From Neisseria sp. (GTDB taxonomy: Bacteria; Pseudomonadota; Gammaproteobacteria; Burkholderiales; Neisseriaceae): a DNA stretch of 64,000 nt. This document shows positions 1 through 9,671 of the stretch, piece by piece. The notes beneath the pieces were generated by a model. It made no database searches, had not been told where the DNA came from, and saw only the letters and a list, made by a program, of their open reading frames with translations. Within the stretch, counting starts at the first letter, position 1, and each line of letters starts with the position of its first letter. The DNA is taken from positions 24,159-88,158 of the forward strand of contig NZ_JAUMUI010000004.1 in assembly GCF_030530745.1 (NCBI RefSeq), given 5' to 3'. A program made the translations under genes and the position numbers.

Positions 1-80
1 TGCCCGGCAAACTGGAGATTAAAAAATTCGATCCGGTAGCCCGCAAGCATGTGATTTACAAAGAAACCAAATTGAAATAA
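1..80 (+). CDS. rpmG: 3' end of 50S ribosomal protein L33 gene (partial, C-terminal 25 aa)
   Basis: Frame 3 translates to ...PGKLEIKKFDPVARKHVIYKETKLK*, matching the conserved L33 C-terminus ([23 protein letters not shown]); stop at 78-80. Confidence 0.6.
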   Translation, partial: PGKLEIKKFDPVARKHVIYKETKLK

Positions 81-104
81 ACCGGTTTTTACCATGCAGC
101 CGCG

Positions 105-137
105 AAGCCCTTGCTGAAAAGCAAGGGCTTTTTCGTT
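105..137 (+). terminator. Rho-independent terminator after rpmG
   Basis: Stem aagcccttgct / agcaagggctt with gaaa loop followed by tttcgtt. Confidence 0.6.
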
Positions 138-662
138 ATAGTGGTTTAAATTTAAAACAGTACGGCGTTGCTGCGCCTTAGCTCAAAGAGAACGATTTTG
201 TAAGCCGCTATAGAGGGTTTGGGCCGGACGGATTATTTTATTGAAATAAAAATATTAAATATATCATTATGTTATTTTAAATTAAAAAGCCATTAAGCAT
301 TTTTTGTGCCGGTATGGAAGCATTAAAACCGTGTTGCAGGACAGCCCCGACCGGCCTTGTTGGAAGACAGTGTGATTTATTTTCTATGTAACAGTAATCT
401 TGTGTATAAAATTAACGACAATGACATTATTACGGGTAAGCTGTTACAAACAATAAATTTTATTCCTTTCGGTTGAACTTTGTCCAGTATGGGTTGTCCC
501 ACTAAGTTAGCAGTATTGCTGAAATAAAGAAATTTGTTTGGTATATTGCATTCCGGTTAGATGTGGTTTTAAGGGAGGGTGTTGAATTAAAACTGCTGTT
601 AAACCGGATTTAAGAATATTTTTGCAGAACTACTATTTATGGTTAATTAAGAAGAGGATGCC

Positions 663-2834
663 ATGGGCAATACTCAAATGGTTTCAGAGTTAACAGATGA
701 GCAAAATTTCTCATTAAAGCGTTATCGCGGCATCATTATTTCTATTGCTGTGTTTTTGGCTGTTGTATCGGGACTGATGTATTACGGCTATCTCATTACA
801 CAGCAGGTCAATAAAAGCCAGGTTCAAATCGATGCGGCCGGCACTTTGAGCGATACTTTTTATGATTTATTGGTAACAACCCAATCCTTACAGCTGGCAA
901 ACTTAGAACATGCCGCCGAACAGGGGGCTGCCGATGATATGGAATATGTTGCCGATCAAGTTGAAAGCCAAAAGCTGCTGGAGAAGTACCGCAGCCTCAC
1001 GCAAAACTTACTTAATGTAATGGATAAGGGCGGAGCGTACGATATTGTAGAAGGTGCGGACAGTGTCGACGCCCTTGACCAAGGAGCCGCGCGCCAATCA
1101 CTCGGCAAGGTTCAGAAGGTTTGGGAACAATATCAATCCTTGCTTGACGGCACGATCAAATATCCGGTGGCTTCGGGAACCGACCCCGACTTTGCCAAAG
1201 CCGTCGCCGCATTTGCAGCAGACAACCAAGATACGCTGTATGAAAGTATTGATGAAATTATTGTTTATTTAAATGAAAACATTACGGAAAATTCTGCTGA
1301 ACTGAAAACGGTGCAGATAATCGGTATCGGTTTGTCGTTGCTGTATTTTCTGTTTTTTGTAAGCTTCTTTATACGACGTTTGGGTAAGGCGGACAGGGCG
1401 GCCGCCCTTGTGCGCCGGGAAAACCGCGAGATTCTGCAAACGGTAAACAGCGGTTTGTTTTTGTTGGATAAAAACCTGAACATCGGTTCTCAATATTCGG
1501 ATGAGTTGGAGCGTTTGTGGGGTAAGAAAAATTTTGCCGGCCAGAATATGCTCAGTGTTTTGTCTGATATGGTATCTGACCCTGCAGACTTGGAAACGGC
1601 GGGCAGCTTTATGCGCCAGCTTTATAACCCGCGAACCAAAGAAAAACTGATTGCGGGTCTGAATCCTTTGTCGCGCAGCCCGATGAATGTTACCAACCCG
1701 TCGTCAGGCATTAAAGAAACACGCTACCTTGATTTCAAATTTAACCGCGTTTACCAAAACGGGGAAATCATCCGTGTGCTTGTCAGTGTGGGCGATGTAA
1801 CCAATGCCGTGCTGCTGGAAGACAAAATTGCCAAAGAGCGGGAGCAGAATGATTTGCAGATGGAAATGCTGTCTTTCATTTTAAATGCAGATGCACAACT
1901 GTTGAGTGATTTTATCGAATCGGCCAAGAAACGTAACCACAGCATTAACGAAGTATTGAAGCAGCCGGTGCAGGAGCAGGCCGATTTCTTTAATAAATTG
2001 AGGATTATTTTCCGGGAAGTACACGGACTGAAAGGCGATGCCAGCTCGTTGAGCCTGCACGGTTTTGTTTCTATTGCCGAACATTTGGAAGACAGCCTGC
2101 GGGATCTGCAGAACAGGAAAACTTTGAATGGCGAAGATTTTCTGACGTTGACAGTTTCGTTGGAGGAACTGTTCAACCTGACTCAAACCATTGAAGATTT
2201 CAATAACCGTATCAATAACCTGACTGTGGATAATAACGGCAAGCCTTCCGGACTGACTGCCCGGAAGACCGTTGATTCCGAGCCGGTCAGGGGGCAGTTG
2301 TCAAAATATGTTGAAGAGCTTGCGCAACGGAACCGCAAAAAAGTGGATTTCAGCTGCGAGGGAATGGACAACCAAACCGTTAATCTGACCGTCAGAAGCC
2401 AGCTTAGGGAGCTGGCGGTGCAGTTGCTGCGTAATGCGGTGGTGCACGGCATTGAAACGCCTGAAGAGCGTATTAAGCGGCATAAACTTGATGCGGGCCA
2501 TATACGTTTGGTTTTGGATGACGGCGGCGATTTCGTGCGGCTGACCGTTCAAGACGACGGGGCCGGTATCGATCCGGAGCTAATCCGCAGCAAACTTGTG
2601 GAAAACGGCGGTTATTCCCATGATGAGGCCGCCAAACTGGATAGCCGTGCACTGATTCAGAAAATATTTGCCCCCGGCTTCTCTACAGCTGCCGACAGCG
2701 GAGAAGATGCAGGCCGCGGGGTGGGTATGGACATCATCAGCGAACGCATCAAACAGATGAAAGGCAGGGTGTCTCTGGCTACCCGCACAGGCGCCTACAC
2801 GAGGATTGTTTTGACGGTGCCGAAGAAACTTTAA
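663..2834 (+). CDS. Membrane-anchored CheA-type histidine kinase (two TM helices flanking a ~170-aa periplasmic domain; HPt domain; CheA-like HATPase; no HisKA)
   Basis: TM1 GIIISIAVFLAVVSGLMYYGYLI and TM2 IIGIGLSLLYFLFFVSFFI. HPt-like FREVHGLKGDASSLSLHGFVSIAEHLEDSL. CheA-type ATP-binding motifs LLRNAVVHGIE, DDGAGIDPE, GRGVGMDIISERI. RBS aagaagagga before the ATG. Confidence 0.7.
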   Translation: MGNTQMVSELTDEQNFSLKRYRGIIISIAVFLAVVSGLMYYGYLITQQVNKSQVQIDAAGTLSDTFYDLLVTTQSLQLANLEHAAEQGAADDMEYVADQVESQKLLEKYRSLTQNLLNVMDKGGAYDIVEGADSVDALDQGAARQSLGKVQKVWEQYQSLLDGTIKYPVASGTDPDFAKAVAAFAADNQDTLYESIDEIIVYLNENITENSAELKTVQIIGIGLSLLYFLFFVSFFIRRLGKADRAAALVRRENREILQTVNSGLFLLDKNLNIGSQYSDELERLWGKKNFAGQNMLSVLSDMVSDPADLETAGSFMRQLYNPRTKEKLIAGLNPLSRSPMNVTNPSSGIKETRYLDFKFNRVYQNGEIIRVLVSVGDVTNAVLLEDKIAKEREQNDLQMEMLSFILNADAQLLSDFIESAKKRNHSINEVLKQPVQEQADFFNKLRIIFREVHGLKGDASSLSLHGFVSIAEHLEDSLRDLQNRKTLNGEDFLTLTVSLEELFNLTQTIEDFNNRINNLTVDNNGKPSGLTARKTVDSEPVRGQLSKYVEELAQRNRKKVDFSCEGMDNQTVNLTVRSQLRELAVQLLRNAVVHGIETPEERIKRHKLDAGHIRLVLDDGGDFVRLTVQDDGAGIDPELIRSKLVENGGYSHDEAAKLDSRALIQKIFAPGFSTAADSGEDAGRGVGMDIISERIKQMKGRVSLATRTGAYTRIVLTVPKKL

Positions 2835-2938
2835 AACGAAGCCTAAAGCCGCATTGGCGCAGCAGGCGGGGCGGACTCCCATCCGGATCGGGGCTTTCAT
2901 AATATCGGACAGGGCCGGTTTTAACACGATAGGGATAA

Positions 2939-3307
2939 ATGATGCTTACGGTAATGGTGGTAGACGATTCCAATATTATCCGAAACCGGATTACACGCAG
3001 TTCGGAAAATATGCATTTCGATGTGGTGGCAACGGCGGCCAACGGAAGGGATGCTGTGCAACTTTATGATGTTTTGCGGCCGGATATTGTTACCATGGAT
3101 CTGACTATGCCTGAAATGAACGGTTTGGAATGTATCCGCAATATTATCAGCCTGAACGAGGAAGCCAATATTCTGGTTATTTCAGCACTTACCGATAAGG
3201 CTACGGGCATCAAAGCACTGGAGTACGGCGCAAGGGGGTTTCTTTATAAACCGTTTACTGATGAAGAATTATTCGAAGCACTAAACGAAATGGCAGAAGG
3301 GATGTAA
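2939..3307 (+). CDS. Single-domain response regulator (CheY-like receiver)
   Basis: VVDDSNIIRNRI... DLTMPEMNGLE ... SALTDKA..YLYKPF; receiver Asp (DD, D-L-T-M-P) and Lys signatures; 122 aa with no output domain. Confidence 0.85.
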   Translation: MMLTVMVVDDSNIIRNRITRSSENMHFDVVATAANGRDAVQLYDVLRPDIVTMDLTMPEMNGLECIRNIISLNEEANILVISALTDKATGIKALEYGARGFLYKPFTDEELFEALNEMAEGM

Positions 3308-3309
3308 AA

Positions 3310-3780
3310 ATGAGAGAAGACCAGCTTCAGGTATTTTTGGAGGGGGCAAAAAAATACTTTACCCAGGTGTCGGGGGAAGAGGTTTTCGTCGGTACGCCGT
3401 ATTTGGTTGAAAATGCTATCCCTGCGGCACAGCGTTATTCGGGTGTGATTGCGATTTCCGGAAAAAATAAAGGAATCGTGTATTTTACGTCGCCTGAAAA
3501 AATGGCCGAACGGCTGCTTGAGCTGATGGGTGAAAAGGATACCTCCGAAGAAAATCTGATGGATTTGGTCGGAGAGGTCGCCAACACGATTGCCGGTAAT
3601 GCGCGAAGTGAATTTGGAGAAAAATTTGAAATTTCCGTACCCATTGTGATACGTGGCGCACCCGATGAAATCATGCTGCCGAGAGAAGGCCGTTCGTTTG
3701 TGATTCCGCTGAAGTGGGAGCAGTATCAGGCGGCAATCGTTGTGGCGTTTTATGCAGATACCGGACAGGAATCATTCTGA
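3310..3780 (+). CDS. CheX/CheC-family CheY-P phosphatase-like protein
   Basis: Carries the CheC/CheX active-site pattern E-x2-N ... P (GEVANTIAGNARSEFGEKFEISVPIV). Immediately follows the CheY gene with a 2-nt gap. Confidence 0.6.
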   Translation: MREDQLQVFLEGAKKYFTQVSGEEVFVGTPYLVENAIPAAQRYSGVIAISGKNKGIVYFTSPEKMAERLLELMGEKDTSEENLMDLVGEVANTIAGNARSEFGEKFEISVPIVIRGAPDEIMLPREGRSFVIPLKWEQYQAAIVVAFYADTGQESF

Positions 3781-3916
3781 AAAATCATTCTGAAAACGGC
3801 GGATCCGTGTGAGCGGGGGCTGTTTGACCTTATCAGTATCAGGGCGGGTTTTCCCGCCCTGATAAATTTTTCTGTTTCAAAACAGTTTGTTCCGGCTTTG
3901 GTTTGAGAAAACCGGG

Positions 3917-5101
3917 TCAGCCCGTCAATTGCCGTGTAATCAGTTTTTTTAACGGAGGCAGGTTGTTGCTCACACGCAATACCAAGCCGCGCAGCAGTTT
4001 GGCGGGCGGGGTTTCGTCGGTAAACAGTTTCAGCAGCATATTGGTACCGTAATACAGCGGGCGGACGTGCAGGGCGTGTTTGCTGTCGTAGCGGGAAAGC
4101 AAGGTGGGAGAAGCGATATCCCGCCCCTGCCGGGCGGCTTCTTTAACCAAACCTGCGAGAATATCGGCGCCGGACAAACCTAAATTGAAACCGTGGGCGG
4201 TAACGGGGTGCATGCCTACCGCCGCATCGCCAATCAGTGCGCTGCGGGTGCCGTAAAACCGTTCGGCCAACATGCCGACCAGAGGATAGGTGTGGATGGT
4301 GCTGGCCAGTTCCATTTCGCCCAAACGGCCGTTAAGCTGCTGTTTGACGCTTTCTGCCAGTTCTTCGGGTGAAAGGTTTTGAACAGATGAGGCGCGGTCG
4401 CTGTCAACCGTAATTACGGTGTTGGTTAAATATTCTTCCAGCGGCAATAGGGCGATGGTGCGGCCGTAATGGAAGCATTCGTAGGCAGTATGCTGATTGG
4501 AAACGGTGTGTTTCATACGGCACAGGAACATGGTGCGGCTGTAATCGTGCATATCTGACGCAATGCCGAGCTGGCGGCGTGTTTGCGAGAAACGGCTGTC
4601 GGCGGCAACCAGCAGTTTGGCCGTCAGTGTTTCACCGTTTTCCAAAACCACTTGTGCCCTGTCGGGGTCGGTTTTGGCTTCTTTTACCCCTTGTCCGCAG
4701 ATAAAAGATACGTTTTCCGATTCTGCAGCGGCTTCGTATGCGGCTTTGCGGATGTGGTGGTTGGAAATCAGATAGCCCAGGCAGTCGGCAGGTCCGCCGC
4801 GCGCTTGGGCGGGTTGCGGAAAATGCAGTTGGTAGTCGGACTGCCCGTTGAGCACTTTGGCGTCGCGCAAAGGATAGACTTCATTTTCGGGAATACGCTG
4901 CCATATACCCAAGCGCTGCATGATTTCTTTGGAAAGGTGCGTCAGGGCGATTTCCCTGCCGTCATAAGGCGGGTTCTGCAGGGTTTCATGCAGGCTTTTT
5001 TCGATTAAGGTAACGTTCAGGCCGCTGCCTGCCAAAGAGGCGGCGAAGCTCAATCCTGCAGGGCCTGCGCCGACGACGATGATGTCGCTGGTCGGGGTCA
5101 T
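3917..5101 (-). CDS. ubiH: FAD-dependent monooxygenase, UbiH/UbiF/VisC family (ubiquinone biosynthesis hydroxylase)
   Basis: N-terminal dinucleotide-binding IIVVGAGPAGLSFAASLAGSGLNVTLIEK; GDAAV motif (LIGDAAVGMHPVTAHGFNLG) typical of this family. Confidence 0.75.
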   Translation of the reverse strand: MTPTSDIIVVGAGPAGLSFAASLAGSGLNVTLIEKSLHETLQNPPYDGREIALTHLSKEIMQRLGIWQRIPENEVYPLRDAKVLNGQSDYQLHFPQPAQARGGPADCLGYLISNHHIRKAAYEAAAESENVSFICGQGVKEAKTDPDRAQVVLENGETLTAKLLVAADSRFSQTRRQLGIASDMHDYSRTMFLCRMKHTVSNQHTAYECFHYGRTIALLPLEEYLTNTVITVDSDRASSVQNLSPEELAESVKQQLNGRLGEMELASTIHTYPLVGMLAERFYGTRSALIGDAAVGMHPVTAHGFNLGLSGADILAGLVKEAARQGRDIASPTLLSRYDSKHALHVRPLYYGTNMLLKLFTDETPPAKLLRGLVLRVSNNLPPLKKLITRQLTG

Positions 5102-5228
5102 GACGGTTCCTTTGCTGTGGCAGATATCAAACGGGTGTAAGCATACCTGAAAAGATGCATTTGATGTGCGGTTTTTATGGCAGGTTTAATATGCGTCAAA
5201 CGGCTCTCAGGCGGCCCGGCCACACCGT

Positions 5229-5392
5229 AGGGTCTGTCGACATTCAACGCAACGGCGGTATTTTTGGCCAAAACACCCCGTCTGCGGCGTTAAAAATGCT
5301 CGCAAGGTGTTCAACCTTGCTGCGCTTTTTGCCTGGCATACGCGGTTTTTGCCTCAAAAAACCGCTTCGTCGGTTAAATGTCGACAGCCCCT
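5229..5392. repeat. MITE-like element with ~38-bp imperfect terminal inverted repeats (agggtctgtcgacattcaacg... / ...cggttaaatgtcgacagcccct)
   Basis: Inverted arms both contain a gtcgacat core. One arm plus adjacent sequence recurs at 47643-47700 (44 nt identical). Confidence 0.5.
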
Positions 5393-5408
5393 AGGGCCGT
5401 CTGAAAGT

Positions 5409-6578
5409 TTATACTTCGATGCGGTTGGGGGTGAAGGTTTCCCATTTGTTGCATGCGGGGCAGTGCCAGAAGAATACCTGTGATTTGAAATGGCAGTTGC
5501 GGCAGCGGTACATTACGGCTTTTTGCAGCTGGCGGCCGACGATGGCGCGCATCATGTCGGCATCGGCTTTCCACTCGGGGTGCAGGCCGCTCAGCTGCAG
5601 GCCGAGCAGACGGTAAACGCCGCCGAGGTCGGGCTTTTTGCGCACCAGATCCACGGCGGTTTGGTTGGCGGCGGCTTCGCCGTTGAGCAGCAGCGATTTG
5701 TCGTAAATCACGTTAATCAGATCGAGTTGCGGAAAAGTGTGCATATAGCCGGTGAGTACGCTCAATCCTTCCTGCGGTTTGCCCAACGCGTCGTAGGCGT
5801 CGTAGAGCCTTTCGCCCACCATACCCAGATAGGCGTGGTTTTGTTTTTCGATGGCGGTGTAGGCTTCGACGGCGGCGGCATAATGCCCCTGCTTTTGCTC
5901 GATGTCGCCCAAAATCATGTTGGCGCGGGTGCATTTTCTGTTGGCGTTTAAGGCGTTGTGCACGTGGCGGCGGGCCGTGTCGAAATCGGATCGGAACAGT
6001 GCGTCCTGTGCCAGCTCGCAATAGAATTGGGCGATTTCGAACTGGTAGGTTTGTTCGTCGTGGCTTAACAGTTGTGCCGTTTCAACGGCTTTTTCCCAGT
6101 CGCGGTCTTGCTGGTAGATGCTCAGCAGCACTTGCCGGGCTTCTTTGGCCATGTTGCCGTTTTGCAGGCCGGTGAAAATCTGTTCGGCGCGGTCGACCAG
6201 GCCTGCGCTTTGGTAGTTCAGGCCCAGCTCGAACAGCACGCGTTCGCGTTTGTCGCCCACTGTGTCGGGCGAATCGAGCAGGGCTTTGTGCATATTGATG
6301 GCTTTGTCGTTTTCGCCGCGCTGGCGGTAGAGTTTGCCCAGTGTCAGGTTTAAGTCGTAAGACTGAGGCTGTTGGTCGATTACTTCGGCCAGCTCGCGCG
6401 CGGCTTTGCCGCTGTTGCGGTCGACCAGTGCGTCGAGGCTTTTATAAAAGCCGCCGGGTACGGTTTTCGCCTGTTTGAGTACGGTTTTCATATCGATGCG
6501 TGCGGCAAACCAGCCCATGGCGAAGAAAACCGGCAGCAGGATAATCGGCAGTAACAATATCCAGATTTCATTTTCCAT
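5409..6578 (-). CDS. lapB: Lipopolysaccharide assembly protein B (TPR repeats + C-terminal rubredoxin-like Zn finger)
   Basis: N-terminal TM, multiple TPR-like repeats, C-terminal CRNCHFKSQVFFWHCPACNKW as in LapB/YciM. Confidence 0.85.
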   Translation of the reverse strand: MENEIWILLLPIILLPVFFAMGWFAARIDMKTVLKQAKTVPGGFYKSLDALVDRNSGKAARELAEVIDQQPQSYDLNLTLGKLYRQRGENDKAINMHKALLDSPDTVGDKRERVLFELGLNYQSAGLVDRAEQIFTGLQNGNMAKEARQVLLSIYQQDRDWEKAVETAQLLSHDEQTYQFEIAQFYCELAQDALFRSDFDTARRHVHNALNANRKCTRANMILGDIEQKQGHYAAAVEAYTAIEKQNHAYLGMVGERLYDAYDALGKPQEGLSVLTGYMHTFPQLDLINVIYDKSLLLNGEAAANQTAVDLVRKKPDLGGVYRLLGLQLSGLHPEWKADADMMRAIVGRQLQKAVMYRCRNCHFKSQVFFWHCPACNKWETFTPNRIEV

Positions 6579-6584
6579 GCGGGT

Positions 6585-6902
6585 TTATTCCTTGCGTTCG
6601 AGCGGGGCGGGCGCGGGGTCTTGCGGCTGCGGCACGGCCAAACCGGAGGCGGTGCGGGCGGATTTTTTCACTTCGGCGCGCAGGCGGCTGTTTTCGCTGC
6701 GCAGGGTCAGCAGGCGGCCGAAGAGTGCGAAAATGCCGAACACCGAGCCGGTAACGAAGGCACCGAACAATACCAAAATCAGCGGCATGTCTATGCTTTG
6801 TGCGGGCAGGTAGAAAAACTGCACGCTTTGCATATTGCTGAGGGCAAGAATCAGGAATATCAACAAGATGATGATTTTGATAATGGTGTAGAAGATTTTC
6901 AT
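6585..6902 (-). CDS. lapA: Lipopolysaccharide assembly protein A (DUF1049 inner-membrane protein)
   Basis: 105-aa, two TM helices, directly upstream of lapB on the same strand as in the lapAB operon. Confidence 0.7.
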   Translation of the reverse strand: MKIFYTIIKIIILLIFLILALSNMQSVQFFYLPAQSIDMPLILVLFGAFVTGSVFGIFALFGRLLTLRSENSRLRAEVKKSARTASGLAVPQPQDPAPAPLERKE

Positions 6903-7146
6903 CTGATGCTCCGTATTGCAAATGGTTCGGGCCGTCTGAAAGGCATGGAAACCCGAAGTTTAAACGATTTGCCTTGTTTATAGCGAAAAAACTTCAGCCT
7001 GCCCCGGTGCGGAAACGCTTCGGCAAAAAATAAGCCTTTCTGCCAAAAGGTGCCCGCCTGCCGTTTGCGGCACTTTTCAACGCCGCGGCCTTGACGTAAT
7101 ATCTGCCGTTAAGAATATCGAACGGCATTTTGCAAAGGAAAACAAC

Positions 7147-7335
7147 ATGACCGACCAAAAAAACGCCATCATCATCACACCGTATGATTTGCCGCTGCAT
7201 TGTTCCGGGCCGCAAAACGAAGCGTGGAACGGCCACCCGCGTGTGTTTCTGCCCATTCGGTCGAACAGCACCATAGAATGCCCGTATTGCGGGGCAGTGT
7301 ATCAATTGGTGGGCGAGGCAAAAGGGCATCATTAA
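7147..7335 (+). CDS. Small zinc-ribbon domain protein (hypothetical)
   Basis: 62 aa with C..C..CPYCG pattern; RBS aaggaaaac upstream. Confidence 0.45.
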   Translation: MTDQKNAIIITPYDLPLHCSGPQNEAWNGHPRVFLPIRSNSTIECPYCGAVYQLVGEAKGHH

Positions 7336-7390
7336 AAAAGCAAAGCAGCAAACGCAAGCTGTGCATATTTTGAAATCAATTCGAACGATA

Positions 7391-7419
7391 AGGCCGTCTG
7401 AACGTTTTCAGACGGCCTT
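7391..7419. terminator. Inverted pair of DNA uptake sequences forming a bidirectional terminator hairpin
   Basis: aggccgtctgaacgttttcagacggcct; AG-DUS dialect AGGCCGTCTGAA. Confidence 0.6.
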
Positions 7420-7431
7420 GATGTTTGCGGG

Positions 7432-9615
7432 TTATTTTTTATCGGCTTTGCGTGTATAGGCGGCGTAATAACCGTAACCGCTGCGGCCTTCGCTGCGCAT
7501 ACCGTTGAGTATCACGCCGCTGACTTTGATGTTGCTCTGTTTCAGACGGCTTGTGCTGATGTCGAGCTCCCGTGCGGAAGTGGTGTTGTGCCGCACTACG
7601 AGCAAGGTGGTGCCCGCCTGCTGGCCGACAATGTTGGCATCGGTTACCGACAATACCGGCGGCGTGTCGATAACCACATAGTCGTAACGCTGGCGCGCGC
7701 GCGCCAGCAGGGTAGCGAAACGGCTGTCGAGCAGCAGTTCGGATGGGTTGTCGGGCAGGGGGCCGTGGCCGATAAAGCTCAGGTTGGGGATGTCGGTTTC
7801 CTGCACAGCCTGGCCGGGCGAGAGTTTGCCTTCAAGAATATCGGACAAGCCTTTTTCGGGGCAGGTGGAGAAAATTTCGTCGAGATAACCTTTGCGCATG
7901 TCGGCATCAATCAGCAGCACTTTTTTGCCCGACTGCGCCATGACGGTGGCCAGGTTGGCAGCCGCAAAAGATTTGCCCACATCGGGCGCGCTGCCGGTAA
8001 TCATCAGGATATTGTTTCTGGCGTCTATCATCGAAAAATAGATATTGGTGCGCAGGGCGCGCATTGCTTCAACCGCCGCATCGGTAGGTGCTTCCGTGGC
8101 CAGCAGGTATTTGCCGGAGCTGCTGCCTGCAAACGATTTCAGCTTGCTGCGCAGGGTGTCCCGCCGGTGCTGTGCTTTGGAGAGCGGAATAATCGCGGCG
8201 ACATTCATGCCGGCCGCTTCTATTTCTTCGGGTTTGGTAATGCCGCGGCGCATTGCCGAACGCAGCAGGAACCAGCCCGCGGCCAACATGCCCGCACTCA
8301 TGGCAGCAAGCAGGGTGATCACGGCTTTGCGCGGGGCGACGGGCTGTTCGGGCACGTCGGCATAATCGACAATCCACACATTGCCCTGTGTGCTGGCTTT
8401 CATGATGTTGAGTTCCTGCTGTTTGCCCAGCAGCTGGGTATAGGTGGTTTGGTTGGTTTCTACGTCGCGCGTCAGGCGGATAACCTCCTGCTGGGTGTTG
8501 GGCAGCTCGGCGATTTGCTGGTTGATACGGTTTTTGGCTTTTTCGAGCACGTCGAGTTTGTCGAGGACGGCTTTATACGAGGGGTGTTCTTTGGTATAGA
8601 GTTCGGCCAGTCCGGCTTCTTCGGTGCGCAGCTCGGTGATTTGGGTTTCGATGTTTACCAGGCTTTCGATGGCGCCTTTCGATTCGACCGGAATATCGAG
8701 CGAGCCGCTTTTTTTGCGGTATTCGTTCAGTTTGTTTTCGGCCTCCTGCAGGGTGGCTTTCAAACGCGGAAGTTCGTCGCTGATAAAGGCAAGCCCGCTG
8801 GCAGCAACCTGTACGTCGCGGTTGACTTTCTGGCTTACGTAGTTGTCGGCAATGCTGTTTAAGATTTTGGTGATTTCTTCGGCATCGGTGCCCTTATAGG
8901 CCAGGTTGATGACGGGGCTGGTTTTGCCCTTGCTCGAAACGGTCAGGTTTTGTTTGATGTTTTCTATTGCACTGAGCTTGGAATGTTTCACCAGGCTGAA
9001 ACGCTGGCCGCCCTCGGCCAGAATCTGGTTGACTTGGAGCGTGGTTTGGGCGCCCAGTTTCAACGGTTGGCCGACTTTGCCCTTGAGGGTGCGCCCGTCG
9101 GGCAGTTCGACGGTGTAAAGTTTGCTGCTTTGGGCGGTCAGTACGAAAGGTTCGTTCAGCCACTGCTTCTCAACTTCGAAAGTGTGGATTTTCAATTCGG
9201 GGTCGGTATCGCTGCTCAGGTTGTGAATCAGACGGCCGACAACGGGAAAGTATTTCGGGGTAACGGTTTGGGCAAGCTGCAGATCGTCGACGGTTTTGCC
9301 CAGCACCAGACGCGATTGCGGCAGTTCCAGCTCTGCTTCGAAAGTGAGGTTGCTGCTTTCGGGCATGAACAGGTTGCTGATTTCGGTGAGAATCTGGTTT
9401 TGTTTGGTTTCGATTTCCAGCATGGCGTCGGCGCGGTAGACGGGCGTGGCCGCAAGGCTGTAAAGGGCACCCAAAAAGCCGCCTGCCAAAACGGCAACGG
9501 CAATCGGATATTTATAGTTCAGCAGGTTGCGCAACTGCTGGCCGACATCGATTTCGCCGCCGCTGTTTTGCGGCTGCCGGGGGTATTGCGGGTATTGTGG
9601 GTATTGTTTTGCCAT
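7432..9615 (-). CDS. wzc: Polysaccharide co-polymerase / BY-kinase (Wzc-type tyrosine autokinase)
   Basis: Walker A GSAPDVGKSFAAANLA, DADMRKG, C-terminal Tyr cluster GYGYYAAYTR, two TM segments and a large periplasmic coiled-coil region. Start moved to MAKQYPQY (RBS AAGGA 8 nt upstream) rather than the ORF-track start at 9702. Confidence 0.85.
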   Translation of the reverse strand: MAKQYPQYPQYPRQPQNSGGEIDVGQQLRNLLNYKYPIAVAVLAGGFLGALYSLAATPVYRADAMLEIETKQNQILTEISNLFMPESSNLTFEAELELPQSRLVLGKTVDDLQLAQTVTPKYFPVVGRLIHNLSSDTDPELKIHTFEVEKQWLNEPFVLTAQSSKLYTVELPDGRTLKGKVGQPLKLGAQTTLQVNQILAEGGQRFSLVKHSKLSAIENIKQNLTVSSKGKTSPVINLAYKGTDAEEITKILNSIADNYVSQKVNRDVQVAASGLAFISDELPRLKATLQEAENKLNEYRKKSGSLDIPVESKGAIESLVNIETQITELRTEEAGLAELYTKEHPSYKAVLDKLDVLEKAKNRINQQIAELPNTQQEVIRLTRDVETNQTTYTQLLGKQQELNIMKASTQGNVWIVDYADVPEQPVAPRKAVITLLAAMSAGMLAAGWFLLRSAMRRGITKPEEIEAAGMNVAAIIPLSKAQHRRDTLRSKLKSFAGSSSGKYLLATEAPTDAAVEAMRALRTNIYFSMIDARNNILMITGSAPDVGKSFAAANLATVMAQSGKKVLLIDADMRKGYLDEIFSTCPEKGLSDILEGKLSPGQAVQETDIPNLSFIGHGPLPDNPSELLLDSRFATLLARARQRYDYVVIDTPPVLSVTDANIVGQQAGTTLLVVRHNTTSARELDISTSRLKQSNIKVSGVILNGMRSEGRSGYGYYAAYTRKADKK

Positions 9616-9671
9616 GTTTGGGAAATCCTTTTCATTGTTTTGGGCTTCGAAGCCCGTGATTATATTTTTTA

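Noticed and set aside
141-230. Second Correia element upstream of the kinase gene
   Set aside because: Only the internal core (agtacggcgttgctgcgccttagctcaaagagaacgattttgtaag) is recognisable. No matching terminal inverted repeats, so treated as a degenerate fragment.
7588-8862. Long antisense ORFs inside GC-rich genes (e.g. 7588..8862 in wzc, 10415..11338 in wza, 17257..18321, 21879..22997, 24810..25853, 27607..28554, 32843..34192, 11738..12379)
   Set aside because: They lie entirely antisense to well-supported conserved genes. Low-complexity Ala/Gly/Arg-rich translations are typical of high-GC antisense frames; no RBS or domain support.
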